Source: Candidatus Nitrosocosmicus sp.
Lineage (GTDB): Archaea > Thermoproteota > Nitrososphaeria > Nitrososphaerales > Nitrososphaeraceae
DNA length: 64,000 nucleotides
Assembly (NCBI GenBank): GCA_025934495.1
Contig: JAICXY010000001.1
Span: forward strand, 1,320 to 65,319
Direction: 5' to 3'
The position numbers and the translations under genes are program-made. This document shows positions 21,393 to 31,897 of the stretch, in pieces. Positions within the stretch are counted from its first letter, which is position 1. Each line of letters begins with the position of its first letter. The notes under the pieces were generated by a model that saw only the letters and a program-made list of their open reading frames with translations, had not been told where the DNA came from and did not search any database.

Positions 21393-22091
21393 TTGAAAAT
21401 CCAAAAAGAGTATTTTGAAAGAGATACACACAAAGTCGCTTATGACCTTATTGGGAAAAAATTGGTGAGATATGTTGATTTTATGGGTAAATATTACAAA
21501 TTAAGTGGGGTAATCGTGGAAACAGAAGCTTATGGTTATAATGATGATCCAGCTAGTCATGCCTTTAAAAAAAAGACCGATCGTAATAGAATAATGTATG
21601 GAGATGTAGGGAGAGTATACGTATATTTTATTTACGGAAATCATTATTGTTTTAACATTGTTGCAAAAAATAATGGTTGTGCAGCCGGAGCCATTTTAAT
21701 AAGATCAATTCAGCCAATAGAGGGAATAAATTTGATGAGGATTTTTAGAAGAAAAGATGAGATAATGGAGTTATCATCTGGACCAGGAAAACTTACTCAG
21801 GCTTTTAAAATAACAAAGAAACATAATGATGTTGATATCACAGATAATAACAACAATTTTCTTTATCTAGAAGAAGAAGAGGAGGAGGAGGAGGAAGAAA
21901 GAGAGTTATATGATGTAGAGAATATTAATTATAAGAAATTTAAAGTCTTTGAGACATGTAGAATTGGTATATCTGTTGCATTAGAAAAAAAATGGAGATT
22001 CATCATGATGAATCCAAAGAAAAGAAAAACAAATAGCGACAAACTTGATTACATTCCCAATTATTTTATATCAAAAAAGGTAAATTTTTAG
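21393..22091 (+). CDS. mpg: DNA-3-methyladenine glycosylase (AAG/MPG family)
   Basis: IVETEAY..DDPASH, YVYFIYGNHYCFNIV, AILIRSIQP, GPGKLTQA and RIGIS motifs; contains a poly-Glu insertion. Confidence 0.92.
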   Translation: MKIQKEYFERDTHKVAYDLIGKKLVRYVDFMGKYYKLSGVIVETEAYGYNDDPASHAFKKKTDRNRIMYGDVGRVYVYFIYGNHYCFNIVAKNNGCAAGAILIRSIQPIEGINLMRIFRRKDEIMELSSGPGKLTQAFKITKKHNDVDITDNNNNFLYLEEEEEEEEEERELYDVENINYKKFKVFETCRIGISVALEKKWRFIMMNPKKRKTNSDKLDYIPNYFISKKVNF

Positions 22092-22165
22092 TTAATTTTT
22101 AATTACAAATTACATTAAAACCTTAAACAATTTTTTATAAATATTGCATTTTAAATGTTTATCAA

Positions 22166-22492
22166 TTGCCAATTGAGGATTTCCTAGTGCCTGGAGAACA
22201 AATTAAATTTGTTTGTAAATACGGCATAGAGTATGCTAACAAGAAATATAATTTGTTTATCACAAATAAAAGAATCCTGTTGCATAAAAAAAGAGGAATC
22301 TTTAATAAATGTGAAGATGTAATTTGTGAAAAAGTAGAAAGGCTTGAAGGTTTGGAATATAAGGAGAAGGGCGGGTTATCTAATTTAGCAAAGATATCCA
22401 TTAAAGGGGGAATAAAAATAGATATCAAAGGCCCTATCAAAGAAGTAAAAAACATGTTTCAAATATTAGAGTGTTTAAAAAATGTAAAATAA
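22166..22492 (+). CDS. PH-domain-like small protein
   Basis: L.PGEQIKF..., LFITNKRILL.K.G pattern. Confidence 0.6.
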   Translation: MPIEDFLVPGEQIKFVCKYGIEYANKKYNLFITNKRILLHKKRGIFNKCEDVICEKVERLEGLEYKEKGGLSNLAKISIKGGIKIDIKGPIKEVKNMFQILECLKNVK

Positions 22493-22654
22493 AAAAGCAA
22501 GATGCTGATTTTAAGTACAATCGTTATTTGTATATGGAAATTTCAATCTTATCAATATTGTTAATGGGTATAAGATAGGTGTAACCTAGAATTGTGAAAA
22601 GGCCATTTTACATGTTTTATTAAAAAGTATTAGTTAAAAGTATTTAGAATATGG

Positions 22655-22671
22655 AATCATGCAATAAAGCA
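22655..22671. mobile_element. Solo IS903-like end
   Basis: aatcatgcaataaagca is 16/17 identical to the MITE TIR and is preceded by gg as at 58591. Confidence 0.65.
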
Positions 22672-23114
22672 GAGTTATCCAAATCTAACTTTACTCGAAT
22701 CACATATTCTAGTATATAGCGATTTGGTTATTTATTTGAGGCTTGGTCATATTCAAATTATCTTTCAATACATGTCGCATTGCTTAAATCTAACCCTTGA
22801 GATATTTTTTTGATAGATACTGTCCCAAAGATTATCTCCTGATAGATTAAAGGATTCCATCCTTTTATATTCTGTATTTGATGGTTTTATACCATGAACT
22901 AGTTTACTGCGAAAATGAGGTAGGTTATATGTATATCCTCTATCTATAGTAATTTTGAGATGCTTTATTGGTATTATTCTATCAGATATGATGATATACT
23001 ATAACTGTATGGAGAATAAATCGAATCCAGTCAATAAAGTATATACTTGAAATTTGGTGACATGGTAATAGGATAAAAATAAGGGATCTGGAAATACTAA
23101 AGGTCTTATTTATT

Positions 23115-23257
23115 TAAATTCTTGTACTGTAAAACCAGAAGAAATGATTTAAAAGGCATTGGGTTTTTGGATAGCCTCCAATATGAGAGTAAAAACAGAA
23201 TAATTTGGTGAGAATCAAGGGTCATAAAGCTGTTTAGGCACAATTATGCAAGAGATC
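23115..23257 (-). mobile_element. DDE_Tnp_4-type 5' remnant
   Basis: TIR gatctcttgcataatt (reverse complement 23242-23257), then LSYWRLSKNPMPFKSF..FTVQEF. Confidence 0.7.
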
Positions 23258-23267
23258 GATTGATGGA

Positions 23268-23459
23268 TTATTTTGTTTTATAAACAAACATAAATGTAGT
23301 GACTATTTCACCGCTATTATTTAAAACTCTACTATGTTCTATTTTTATTATATCTTCTACATCTATTTTATTATCTTGTATATAATCTTCTATCGTATTT
23401 ACTAATTTAACTAAACGATCTTCAACAAAAAAGCGAATTTTTATCGTCATATTGTTCAT
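23268..23459 (-). CDS. Small hypothetical protein (weak Cse60-like pattern)
   Basis: ATG ORF with an upstream TATA-like element; IKIRFF..., IDVEDIIKIEHS, FMFVYK. Confidence 0.55.
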   Translation of the reverse strand: MNNMTIKIRFFVEDRLVKLVNTIEDYIQDNKIDVEDIIKIEHSRVLNNSGEIVTTFMFVYKTK

Positions 23460-23582
23460 TTGTATTTCAAATATAAAAGTAAAAAAGTATATCCTCTGTC
23501 AACCAAAAATGTTAGTGAACTTTAAGAATTAGATAACAATGATTTTAGGCCTATATAATATTAAAATCATATAAGCATTAAT

Positions 23583-24308
23583 GGCTCTGTTCACTTAAAG
23601 AAAACCTATAGCTTGATTGAATGTGCTCTATTTCTTTTGTGATTTTCAGAAACAGTAGCAGAACACCTTCTTCAGAGTATATTGGTGATGGTTTATATTT
23701 TTATTTTTCAGGTTTGTCTTTAAGAAAGACAGCTGATAGTAGTAGACTATCAGATTGCTTTATCAAAAGAAATCATATTTTCATATGAACCTGCATTCAA
23801 AAGTAATCCTCAAAAAATATCCTCAGCAATAAGAAAAAGAAAATCTTCGAGTATTCTTGTATACAAAAAGATGAGACTGTTGTAATTTAAAGTTGGACCA
23901 TAGTACATTTGGGCATGATTGGTTGCCATATTATTGAATTTGAGAATAAAGAAATCCTCGGGATAGTGTATTAAAAGAACGAAAAATATGTTTGTTGCTA
24001 TTGAACGATTTATTTCGGATGTTGTAGAAGAATATGGGGAGACCATCCAGTTTCCACAGATGGAGGTAGTTGGTACCCATTCGCAAGTATGTAAATTCTT
24101 GAAGATAAAACATCATATCCATTCTTCTTTGAGAAAAGTATTATTATTGAAAGGGAATGCAATATCAAAGACAAAACTAATGAAAGCTTTGATGATGACT
24201 ACTTTCCATGCAGAAAAAAGAAGAAACGTAAATTAAAACATGTATTAATTGGTTGAATTTGTTTGTAGATTTTCATAACAAGGAATTATATCTTGAGTGA
24301 ACAGGGCC
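23583..24308 (+). mobile_element. IS6-family element, both ends present, transposase degraded
   Basis: TIRs ggctctgttcact (23583) / agtgaacagggcc (24296-24308), 12/13 match; YFSGLSLRKT, DETV, KER.MFVA.ERF, FLKIKHHIHSS, WLNLFVDFHN. Confidence 0.85.
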
Positions 24309-24363
24309 TATATAACTGAGGGAACGCTTAATAATAGGATTTAGGTAAAAAAGATAACTATAG

Positions 24364-24672
24364 ATGGCTGTAATATGCAAAAAATGTGGCCTTCCGGATG
24401 ATCTATGTGCTTGTGGAGAATTGGATAAGGAAGAGACTCGTATTGTTGTGAGATTGGAAACCCGAAGATTTTCCAAAACTACTACCATGATTGAAGGACT
24501 TGATCCAAAAATCAATGATATTCAAACAATAGTTAAAGAATTAAAAAGCCGGTTAGCCTGTGGAGGAACAGCTAAAGAAGGATTTATTTTATTACAGGGT
24601 GATCATAGGGACCATGTTAAAGACTATTTGGTCGTCAAAGGATTTAATCCCTCAGCTATCGAAGTAATGTAA
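24364..24672 (+). CDS. Translation initiation factor aIF1 (SUI1)
   Basis: CKKCGLPDDLCAC, ELKSRLACGGT and LQGDHR motifs. Confidence 0.95.
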   Translation: MAVICKKCGLPDDLCACGELDKEETRIVVRLETRRFSKTTTMIEGLDPKINDIQTIVKELKSRLACGGTAKEGFILLQGDHRDHVKDYLVVKGFNPSAIEVM

Positions 24673-24684
24673 AAGTATATTATA

Positions 24685-25701
24685 TTGATTAAAAATACTT
24701 ACCTACAAAAACATATTGATGGAATAAATAAAAAAATTATATTTTTACTGTTTCTTTTTATAACCGGATCAATTTTTATTGGTATTTATGTAGTTTTTTT
24801 TACAAATATAGGTAAAGGTATCACTTGGCATAGTGATGCTCTACTAAATTTTTTATTGTTAGATATTCTGGGCATATCTAAACTACAATTCAATCTGGGG
24901 ATTGTATTTATTTTATTTTGGTCTATCTATGTTATCTCTTATTTGATATGTATCTTTAAGCCTGATTTTTTATTAAAGAATTTTTTGTATAAACAATTGT
25001 TCTCAAAAAGGATCAAAACTTTTGATTTACCTTCATCCAATTATCTCTATATTACAATTCAATGGTTTTCATTATATTTTGTTTTATCTATTATCATAGA
25101 TCAGGTTCAGCAAACATTTGGAATACATATGGGAAATCCTTTGATGAGTAATCCTCTTTTATCTTATTTTTATTTAACTGCTGCACCTCTAAATGAGGAG
25201 ATTTTGTTTAGAGTTATATTTTTAGGCGTACCTTTATCTTTAATTCTATTTAAATATAAAAATTCATTTATTTCTACATTAATTCATCCAAGTAAAAATA
25301 TATCTATCCAATCTAATAGGGATAAATATATATTATTTTTAATTATATTTCTTAATTCAGTTTTTTTTGGTCTTGCTCATGTTATTTTTGGAGGTAATTA
25401 TGAAATTGGAAAAATAACTCAAGCTAGTTTAGGGGGATTATTTTTAGGATGGCTGTATTATCGATATGGTTTAGCAATTTCAATCATATTTCATTGGATT
25501 TCTAATTATGTTTTATTTTCTTATAGTTTATTAGGTTCCATTGTATTTAATATACCATTTGGCGAAGAATCGACTAACTATTTTTTGATGATGTTTTATG
25601 CCGCTTTTATCATTACTGGGATTATATTCATTTATCAAAATTCCGAAAAGCTTTTAAAACATTTATTTAAAATAAAAAAGAAGATTTATAGAAAGTTATA
25701 A
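24685..25701 (+). CDS. CPBP (Abi/CAAX type II) intramembrane metalloprotease
   Basis: EEILFR, FFGLAH and HWISN motifs; multiple TM helices. Confidence 0.9.
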   Translation: MIKNTYLQKHIDGINKKIIFLLFLFITGSIFIGIYVVFFTNIGKGITWHSDALLNFLLLDILGISKLQFNLGIVFILFWSIYVISYLICIFKPDFLLKNFLYKQLFSKRIKTFDLPSSNYLYITIQWFSLYFVLSIIIDQVQQTFGIHMGNPLMSNPLLSYFYLTAAPLNEEILFRVIFLGVPLSLILFKYKNSFISTLIHPSKNISIQSNRDKYILFLIIFLNSVFFGLAHVIFGGNYEIGKITQASLGGLFLGWLYYRYGLAISIIFHWISNYVLFSYSLLGSIVFNIPFGEESTNYFLMMFYAAFIITGIIFIYQNSEKLLKHLFKIKKKIYRKL

Positions 25702-26610
25702 CTTTAAATGTGTCTTCAGACCCTTGTATCTATTTCTTATTGTTACCTCAGTTACACCTGCTGCTTCTGCCACATCTTTTTGTGTTTTGTTTTCTCCATT
25801 CATTACACATGCAACGTATAATGCAGCAGCCGCTAGCCCCATAGGATCTTTGCCTGCAGATATTTTTCCTTCCTCTGCTTTTTTTAGTATTTCGAGCGCC
25901 TTTCTTTTGGTTTTTTCAGTTAATCCTGCTTTACTGGCAATCCTAGCAACACATTTTACAGGATCGACTACGGGCATCTTCAAATCCAACTCTCTTATTA
26001 AAAGCCTATAACATCTTGCTACATCTTTTTTCTTAATATTACTTGCATTTGCTACATCTTTTAGTGTTCTGGGTGTTTCGGTATCTCTACATGCTGCATA
26101 TAATGCAGCTGCAACCAACGCTGAAATAGATCTTCCTCTTACCAATCCTTTTTCTAGGGCCTTTCTATACACATAAGCTGCTTTTTCAATTACAGCATCA
26201 CCAACGGCTAATTTGTCTTTTAGTCTATCAAGTTCACTAAAGGCTTGTCTAAAGTTTCTATCAACTGGTTCATGTACTTGGCTTCTGCTGTCCCATGTTC
26301 TCAGTCTCTCTATAGTACTTTTCATGGATGCTGAAAGTGGCTTGCCTGAAGCGTCTTTATCTACTGGCCCTATAATCGTAGCCAGTCCCATATCATGCAT
26401 TGCTAAGGATGTTGGAACACCTGCTCTACTTCTATCCTCGTGCTCTTCTTTTGAAAATGCTCTCCATTCGGGACCGGTTTCTTCAATTCTTTCAGTTACT
26501 ACAAAACCACAATTACCACAAAACATTTCGCCGGTGGAATTGTCTGTAACCATCGGCCCTTTTCCACATCTGGGACATTTGTCCCCAAACATAGAGATAT
26601 CTTTTACCAT
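25696..26610 (-). CDS. tfb: Transcription initiation factor IIB
   Basis: Zn ribbon CPRC..CGNCG, GPEWRAF, two cyclin repeats, GKDPMGLAAAALY and VTEVTIRNRYK. Confidence 0.97.
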   Translation of the reverse strand: MVKDISMFGDKCPRCGKGPMVTDNSTGEMFCGNCGFVVTERIEETGPEWRAFSKEEHEDRSRAGVPTSLAMHDMGLATIIGPVDKDASGKPLSASMKSTIERLRTWDSRSQVHEPVDRNFRQAFSELDRLKDKLAVGDAVIEKAAYVYRKALEKGLVRGRSISALVAAALYAACRDTETPRTLKDVANASNIKKKDVARCYRLLIRELDLKMPVVDPVKCVARIASKAGLTEKTKRKALEILKKAEEGKISAGKDPMGLAAAALYVACVMNGENKTQKDVAEAAGVTEVTIRNRYKGLKTHLKL

Positions 26611-26628
26611 TTTAAATCACCATAAAAC

Positions 26629-26636
26629 TTATAAAG
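26629..26636 (-). promoter_or_regulatory. TATA box of tfb (probable leaderless transcript)
   Basis: ctttataa lies 19-26 nt upstream of the ATG, the typical archaeal position. Confidence 0.55.
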
Positions 26637-26900
26637 CATTGATACAAATATATATATCTTTACATACATATAAATATATCTATTTTAGGTTCTGTTCGAT
26701 TAAGGGGCATTTGTAGGATTTGCATATTATACAAATATCATCAAATAGTTCCAATTCAATAAATCTGATTATATTTTTTACAATATCTTTAGATAATTTT
26801 TCTGATTTATCTTAAATATCTATGATAACTTTGAAATTTTTCCAATTCTAACATAATTTCATTCAGATCTTTTAATTCGAATTGTAGAGGTAGAATCTCA

Positions 26901-27207
26901 ATGAGACGAGCATTGGTATCATTACCTGATGGAGCATGGAACATTATTGATACCGATTTGAAGGGTCAAATTGATGACGGCGATTCAGAAGTAATTAGAA
27001 ACTTTAATTTCCTATCCAACAGAAAAAGGGCATCTCCTCATAGATAAAGCAAATTAAGAACAGCTAACAGACAAGACCGAACAAATAGCATCAGAGCTTG
27101 ACATACATGATAAAATGATTACTGCGTTAACCGTGCTTCTTGAAGAGAAGGGACAGTTAAACCCTGAGGCGTGGGAGAAGCGAGTTCAAACGAATCTACA
27201 TCTATAA
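26901..27207 (+). pseudogene. Frameshifted small RHH-like protein
   Basis: MRRALVSLPDGAWNIID..LKGQI.DGDSEVIRN / ISYPTEKG..* / IASELDIHDKMITALTVLLEEKG..WEKRV; beta-alpha-alpha pattern at the N-terminus. Confidence 0.5.
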
Positions 27208-27276
27208 ATTAATCATGAAGGTATCAGTTGGTTATTTGATAAAAAAATTCTAGCTTGTTCCTCACTCATAATTTCT

Positions 27277-27930
27277 CTATACCCCCTTTTTATCAATTAC
27301 TGCAATTTGAGTAAGCCATCCACATTTTGGATCGATTACTTTAACCCCAATAATTATACATGATGCCAATCCTATGACAACTCCCAAACTTAAATTGGAA
27401 ATTTTCTCATTAGATGCTGTAAGTAACCTATTTAGTTGATTGAAAACAAGGTATGCAAAGGTATGCAAATTTAGCTTCAGAAATTATTGCTTTATAATCT
27501 TTTTTTATACGCACAATTGACGAAGTCTTAACTCTATCTTTTCCACTTATGCCAAATCATGCATCACATAGATAAAAACTTTTATTTATTTTCGCACCTA
27601 TTAGAACAAGATGGCCAAATCGTAATACAGATGTAAAATATCCATTTACCATGGCATTCATTATATTTTCATGGAGATTCATCCATCCAAGAAAATTGCC
27701 GATAAAAGTCTTCAAAGTGTTAGCTGAATCAAAGTTATTCTTGCTTCAATCTTGATTCAATGCATTTGCAAGTATTTCAACATGATCGGCATCTCCAGCT
27801 CCTTCTAGTCCCATAAAATCATATATTTGATAAATTTTTTAACTGATAATATAAAGTCACATGCCGTAGCTTTGTTATCAGTTGCTATCACAACATCTTC
27901 GTTACATTTTATTGCTATTACAATGGTCAT
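27277..27930 (-). pseudogene. Proteasome-beta-like Ntn-hydrolase pseudogene
   Basis: MTIVIAIKCNEDVVIATDNKAT, MGLEGAGDAD and C-terminal TFAYLVF..IDPKCG..TQIAVIDKKG; frameshifts include a 10-bp tandem duplication near 27449-27470. Confidence 0.65.
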
Positions 27931-28223
27931 AGATTTTAGTTTTTCACAAGGATCATTCTCCATATGTTTTGATTGAAAAGTCATCTTAGTGTCCTCTGAT
28001 GTCCCATAATCGAACAGAAACCTATTTTACGTTCGATAATGGTAATACTTGATGTTCTATAATTCTACTTGGGATTAAGTATCTATTAAAATACAATAAT
28101 AATCTTCTGACAATGGCTTATAAATTATTCAACGATTGCAAAATTTTCTGTAAATTCAAAAGATAACATTCGTAAATATTTAAAAGCCATTCAAATCCAT
28201 ATGATTTCAATAATTACATTGGA

Positions 28224-28475
28224 TTAATCCATACAATAATCCTTATCAGGTATAAATTTTACTAGAATATAATTTATTTTGTCTGAATACTTTTGCCTTA
28301 ATCTACTATGTAATTTATCAAGATCGTCGTCGTAATCTGCAATAGAGTTATTATCTATTGTTACATATTTGTTTTTATATCTATCTTTTATTTTCTCATA
28401 ATTTAGAACCAACCAGAGAAAATTATCGTCATATTTTTCCATTACCGACTTATCTATTATTAAATTCGGCAACAT
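28224..28475 (-). CDS. DUF5678-like small protein
   Basis: DNFLWLVLNYEKIKDRYKNKYVTI...DDDLDKL pattern. Confidence 0.65.
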   Translation of the reverse strand: MLPNLIIDKSVMEKYDDNFLWLVLNYEKIKDRYKNKYVTIDNNSIADYDDDLDKLHSRLRQKYSDKINYILVKFIPDKDYCMD

Positions 28476-28613
28476 TATTACTTATTATAACAATATATTT
28501 TGTTTATATATTAATATCTAATAGGTTTTATTACTAATATTATATATCAAAGTAACCCATATATTTTCAACTTATTTTTAACTGTTATGAATATTAAATT
28601 TTGTAGATATAAT

Positions 28614-29210
28614 GGACTCTGTGAGTTAAGATATCAATTCCGGTTGTAATGATACGCAAACATATTTAGCCATTGTTTGACATGATTTAATTTACACTTC
28701 TGTTTGCTACATGGAAAGTGATCATAAAAACCTTCTATTCTATCCTTGATATAATATATTGCATTTACCTATAGATCATTGTTCTTTTGATGCTTTTCTT
28801 ATACGATGAATGGAGGGAGTGTTTTAATTTCAGAAACATGTAAATGTATGGATATCGTGTTCCATCGTCTGTTGAAATTGGATGTTTGTCATGCTCTTTT
28901 ATAAACCTGTTTTGCGGCATATTATTTTTTTCGTAACTGCATCAATCATTGATCTAAATTAAGGGAATCAGATATCCATAATTCCCTTGTTATTTTAAAT
29001 TTCATTCAAAAAAAAACGAATTTCATAGTTATGCAACAAAACATAACATTAAATAGAAAACTCGGGCTATAAACAAATTTCGCTCTTTTGATATATTTAT
29101 AGCAACGATTGCTTTACTTTTAGATTCGATAGCAACTCTGAGCCATTTTAATTCAGAACCGGCCTTTAGTGTAATTTTATCAATGATCAATTATGAAATA
29201 TGTGTTTTTC
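28614..29210 (-). mobile_element. IS6-family remnant interrupted by a MITE
   Basis: LKAGSELKWLRVAIE..INISKERNLFIA on one side of 28908-29043 and KEHDKHPISTDDGTRYP..KDRIEGF.DHFPC..CKLNHVKQWLN on the other; end ggactctgtgagttaag. Confidence 0.75.
28908..29043. mobile_element. MITE, 136 bp
   Basis: Ends tgttttgcggcata / tatgcaacaaaaca (12/14); interior homologous to 60058-60192. Confidence 0.75.
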
Positions 29211-29273
29211 TGTAAAATAGAGATAATAAAGAAAATATAATCAATTTTTTTTAAAATGGCATATTTCTTTTAT

Positions 29274-30017
29274 TTATGATAATCCATAGGTAGGTATAGC
29301 AGACCCATTAATTATTTTTGAATAATCAGAACAAAGAAACATTATTACATTAGAAAGATCTGCTGGATTTATCCATTTTGAATAGTCTGCACCAGGCATT
29401 GCAATTCTATTAGCTTTGGTATCTATTATTGTAGGCAATACACAATTTATATTGATATTCAATTCCTTTACTTCTTGTGAAACTGATTCTACAAATCTAA
29501 TCAAACCTGCTTTGGATGCAGCATAAGCAGAATCATTACCCTCTGCTTTAATGCCCGTTCTAGAGGAAATATGAACTATTTTTCCATAATGGTTCATCAT
29601 CATTATAGGAATTACATTTTTACTAATTAAAAATGCTGATTTTAAATTCATATTAAACATTTTATCCCATTCTGATTCATCTAATTCTGTAGAACTCTTG
29701 CCACCAATATATCCCCCTACCACGTTTACTAATATATGAATTTGTTCATGCCTTTGAATAATATCGGAAAATACTTTCTTTATTTCATTTTCTTTTGTTA
29801 CATCAGTTTTTATAAATTCTATAGCTGTTGTTAGTTTTGTCGATGAATCTGATAGACTATTTACTTCTGCTTTCAATTCTTGCAATTCTGTTTCAGATCT
29901 ATAGGTAGATATTATTGCTTTAGGATTGTAATTTAAAAACGATTTTGTTAAAACTTTTCCTAATGCTCCTGTTCCTCCAGTTATCACCACAACTTTATTG
30001 GAAAAACCATTCTTCAT
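29274..30017 (-). CDS. Short-chain dehydrogenase/reductase
   Basis: TGGTGALG, NVVGG, SS..G and YAASK motifs. Confidence 0.93.
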   Translation of the reverse strand: MKNGFSNKVVVITGGTGALGKVLTKSFLNYNPKAIISTYRSETELQELKAEVNSLSDSSTKLTTAIEFIKTDVTKENEIKKVFSDIIQRHEQIHILVNVVGGYIGGKSSTELDESEWDKMFNMNLKSAFLISKNVIPIMMMNHYGKIVHISSRTGIKAEGNDSAYAASKAGLIRFVESVSQEVKELNININCVLPTIIDTKANRIAMPGADYSKWINPADLSNVIMFLCSDYSKIINGSAIPTYGLS

Positions 30018-30129
30018 AGTATTGACTATTATATATCTATGGGATTTACTTTTCGTTTTATTTATTTTAGTTTGGAATTTAAATTAACAATTTATGATAT
30101 GATGATAGAGTTTATAGTCATGTGAGGAT

Positions 30130-30426
30130 TTTTTGTGACTTGCGATGTGGATAAACTATTCTGATAAAGAAATAACAAAAGATATGTTAAACATGGGATA
30201 CAACGCCTATATTTTAAAGGAAAAGGCAGAAAAATAGACACTGTGCTGTTGAAGACCTTGCAAACTTGACTTAGAGAATAGGTTTATTATACTTTTGGTG
30301 TACTATTGCCTTTTTATAATCTACACTATGGCTGGTTTCCTCTTTAACTTGGATCAAAACAATATTTGCAGAAACATACAAAAGATTAAAAGTTTAATTA
30401 GAAAATGTATTCCTATCCCACAGAAG
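30130..30426 (+). pseudogene. DDE_Tnp_4-type N-terminal remnant cut by IS6
   Basis: KLDLENRFIILLVYY..YT.AGFLFNLDQNNICRNIQKIKSLIRKCIPIPQK, then an abrupt IS6 end. Confidence 0.75.
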
Positions 30427-31107
30427 GGCTCTGTTAACTTTATTATTTCTTTATTGTGTTGATCAATGAAAAGATTAAACCATTGTTTTACCTGGTTTAA
30501 TTTACATCTGTTCTTCATTTTACAAGGAACGTGGTCATCAAAGTTTGAGTCTACTCATTATGCTGAATTGTTCTTTCAATAATGCTTTTTTCAAAATAAG
30601 AATGTGGATGATGGATTAATTTTAAGAAACGACAGGCTTGAGATGAGTACCATGTACAATCACTGTCTGCTGTCGAAATAGGATGTTCGCCATATTCATT
30701 TACAACGCCCGACAGAAAATGTTCGGTTACTACAAACATATTCCTATTTTAATACTGATTGAAAGAATTTCTCTATATTTTGGTTCAATGGCGATCCAAA
30801 GCCATATTAATTCAGAGCCTGCTTTTACTATGGTTTCATCAGTTGTTATACAAGTATATCCATAGAAATCCTTCTTTTTTAATTTTAGTGGTTTGTACTT
30901 TGTATCCATCAGCTTCAAATCAAAACAAGAAGACTTATTTTAATTAAGTGTAAAAGAAAGATAATGCTTTTTCAGCATCTCTAAATGACAAGCCTAAAGA
31001 AGTACAGATACAAGCCATATTGATAATTTGGGAAGACGAACTAATTCGATCTCACTATATAAATGGCCATTTTCAAGATATAGGTTTTCCCTCAAGTTAA
31101 CAGTTGC
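30427..31107 (-). mobile_element. IS6-family element, degraded
   Basis: Ends ggctctgttaactt (30427) and aagttaacagttgc (31094-31107); DETIVKAGSELIWLWIAIEP, STAD..WYSSQACRFLKL..EKSIIERT. Confidence 0.85.
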
Positions 31108-31235
31108 ATAAAGAATGTGGTATATTCTTCTGTAAATAATACTGCTTGTTTCATCATCCAAATTATTGTTGTACTTTTCTAACATCACTAGTTTTAGAAA
31201 TTAACAAATCCAAACAAGCACCTTCTCTTTACATT

Positions 31236-31450
31236 AGATCTCTTGCATAATTAGAACCAATTTAGACTATTTCTTCTGGATTCATTGGATTTCCAGTTCT
31301 GCTGATTTAATATTCTATATATATTTTGTCAAGATGGTAACTATTTATGATACCTTGTTATATTTTCTCAATTTATTTCTAAATACATCTGCAAATATCC
31401 TATACTTTTTCAGACTGCAAATAGTATGCTCTAACACTATCCTCTTTTTG
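31236..31450 (-). mobile_element. DDE_Tnp_4-type 3' remnant
   Basis: Perfect 21-bp TIR; KRIVLEHTICSLKKYRIFADVFRNKLRKYNKVS. Confidence 0.8.
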
Positions 31451-31753
31451 TTAGAATGAATTAAGTTGTGTTCTTTTTCAGGAGCAACAACTCCTATAGA
31501 CAGCTTATGGCAAAAAAGAAATACTCTTTTTCATCTACAGTATATCTTAATACATCCGGTGTTTCTTCAACAAAGATTCTACAAACAAGGTTTTTTAACC
31601 ATATGAAATATAGTTCTAATAACATATATAATATTAAGACTTACAGTTGTAAAGATTTATCATAGAGGATCTATGTTAATAAAAGTAAAAAGAATTAATT
31701 AAAAAACATTAAAATTAAATTGAATTTAGTTTTTGATTTTTGTTCTAATATAT

Positions 31754-31897
31754 TTAATATCCATATTTTGAAGGATTTTGATCAAATGTTTCTTTGCATT
31801 GTGCTCGACAAAAATATACTTTTTGTTCATTTATTTCCGAAATGTATTTTGCAGATTTTTCATCTACATTCATGTTGCAAACAGGGTCTTTGGCCAT
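31754..31897 (-). CDS. Stand-alone YHS/TRASH-domain protein (47 aa)
   Basis: MAKDPVCNMNVDEKSAKYISEINEQKVYFCRAQCKETFDQNPSKYGY, with DPVC..YFC...C..F..NP.KY; below the ORF-track length cutoff. Confidence 0.88.
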   Translation of the reverse strand: MAKDPVCNMNVDEKSAKYISEINEQKVYFCRAQCKETFDQNPSKYGY

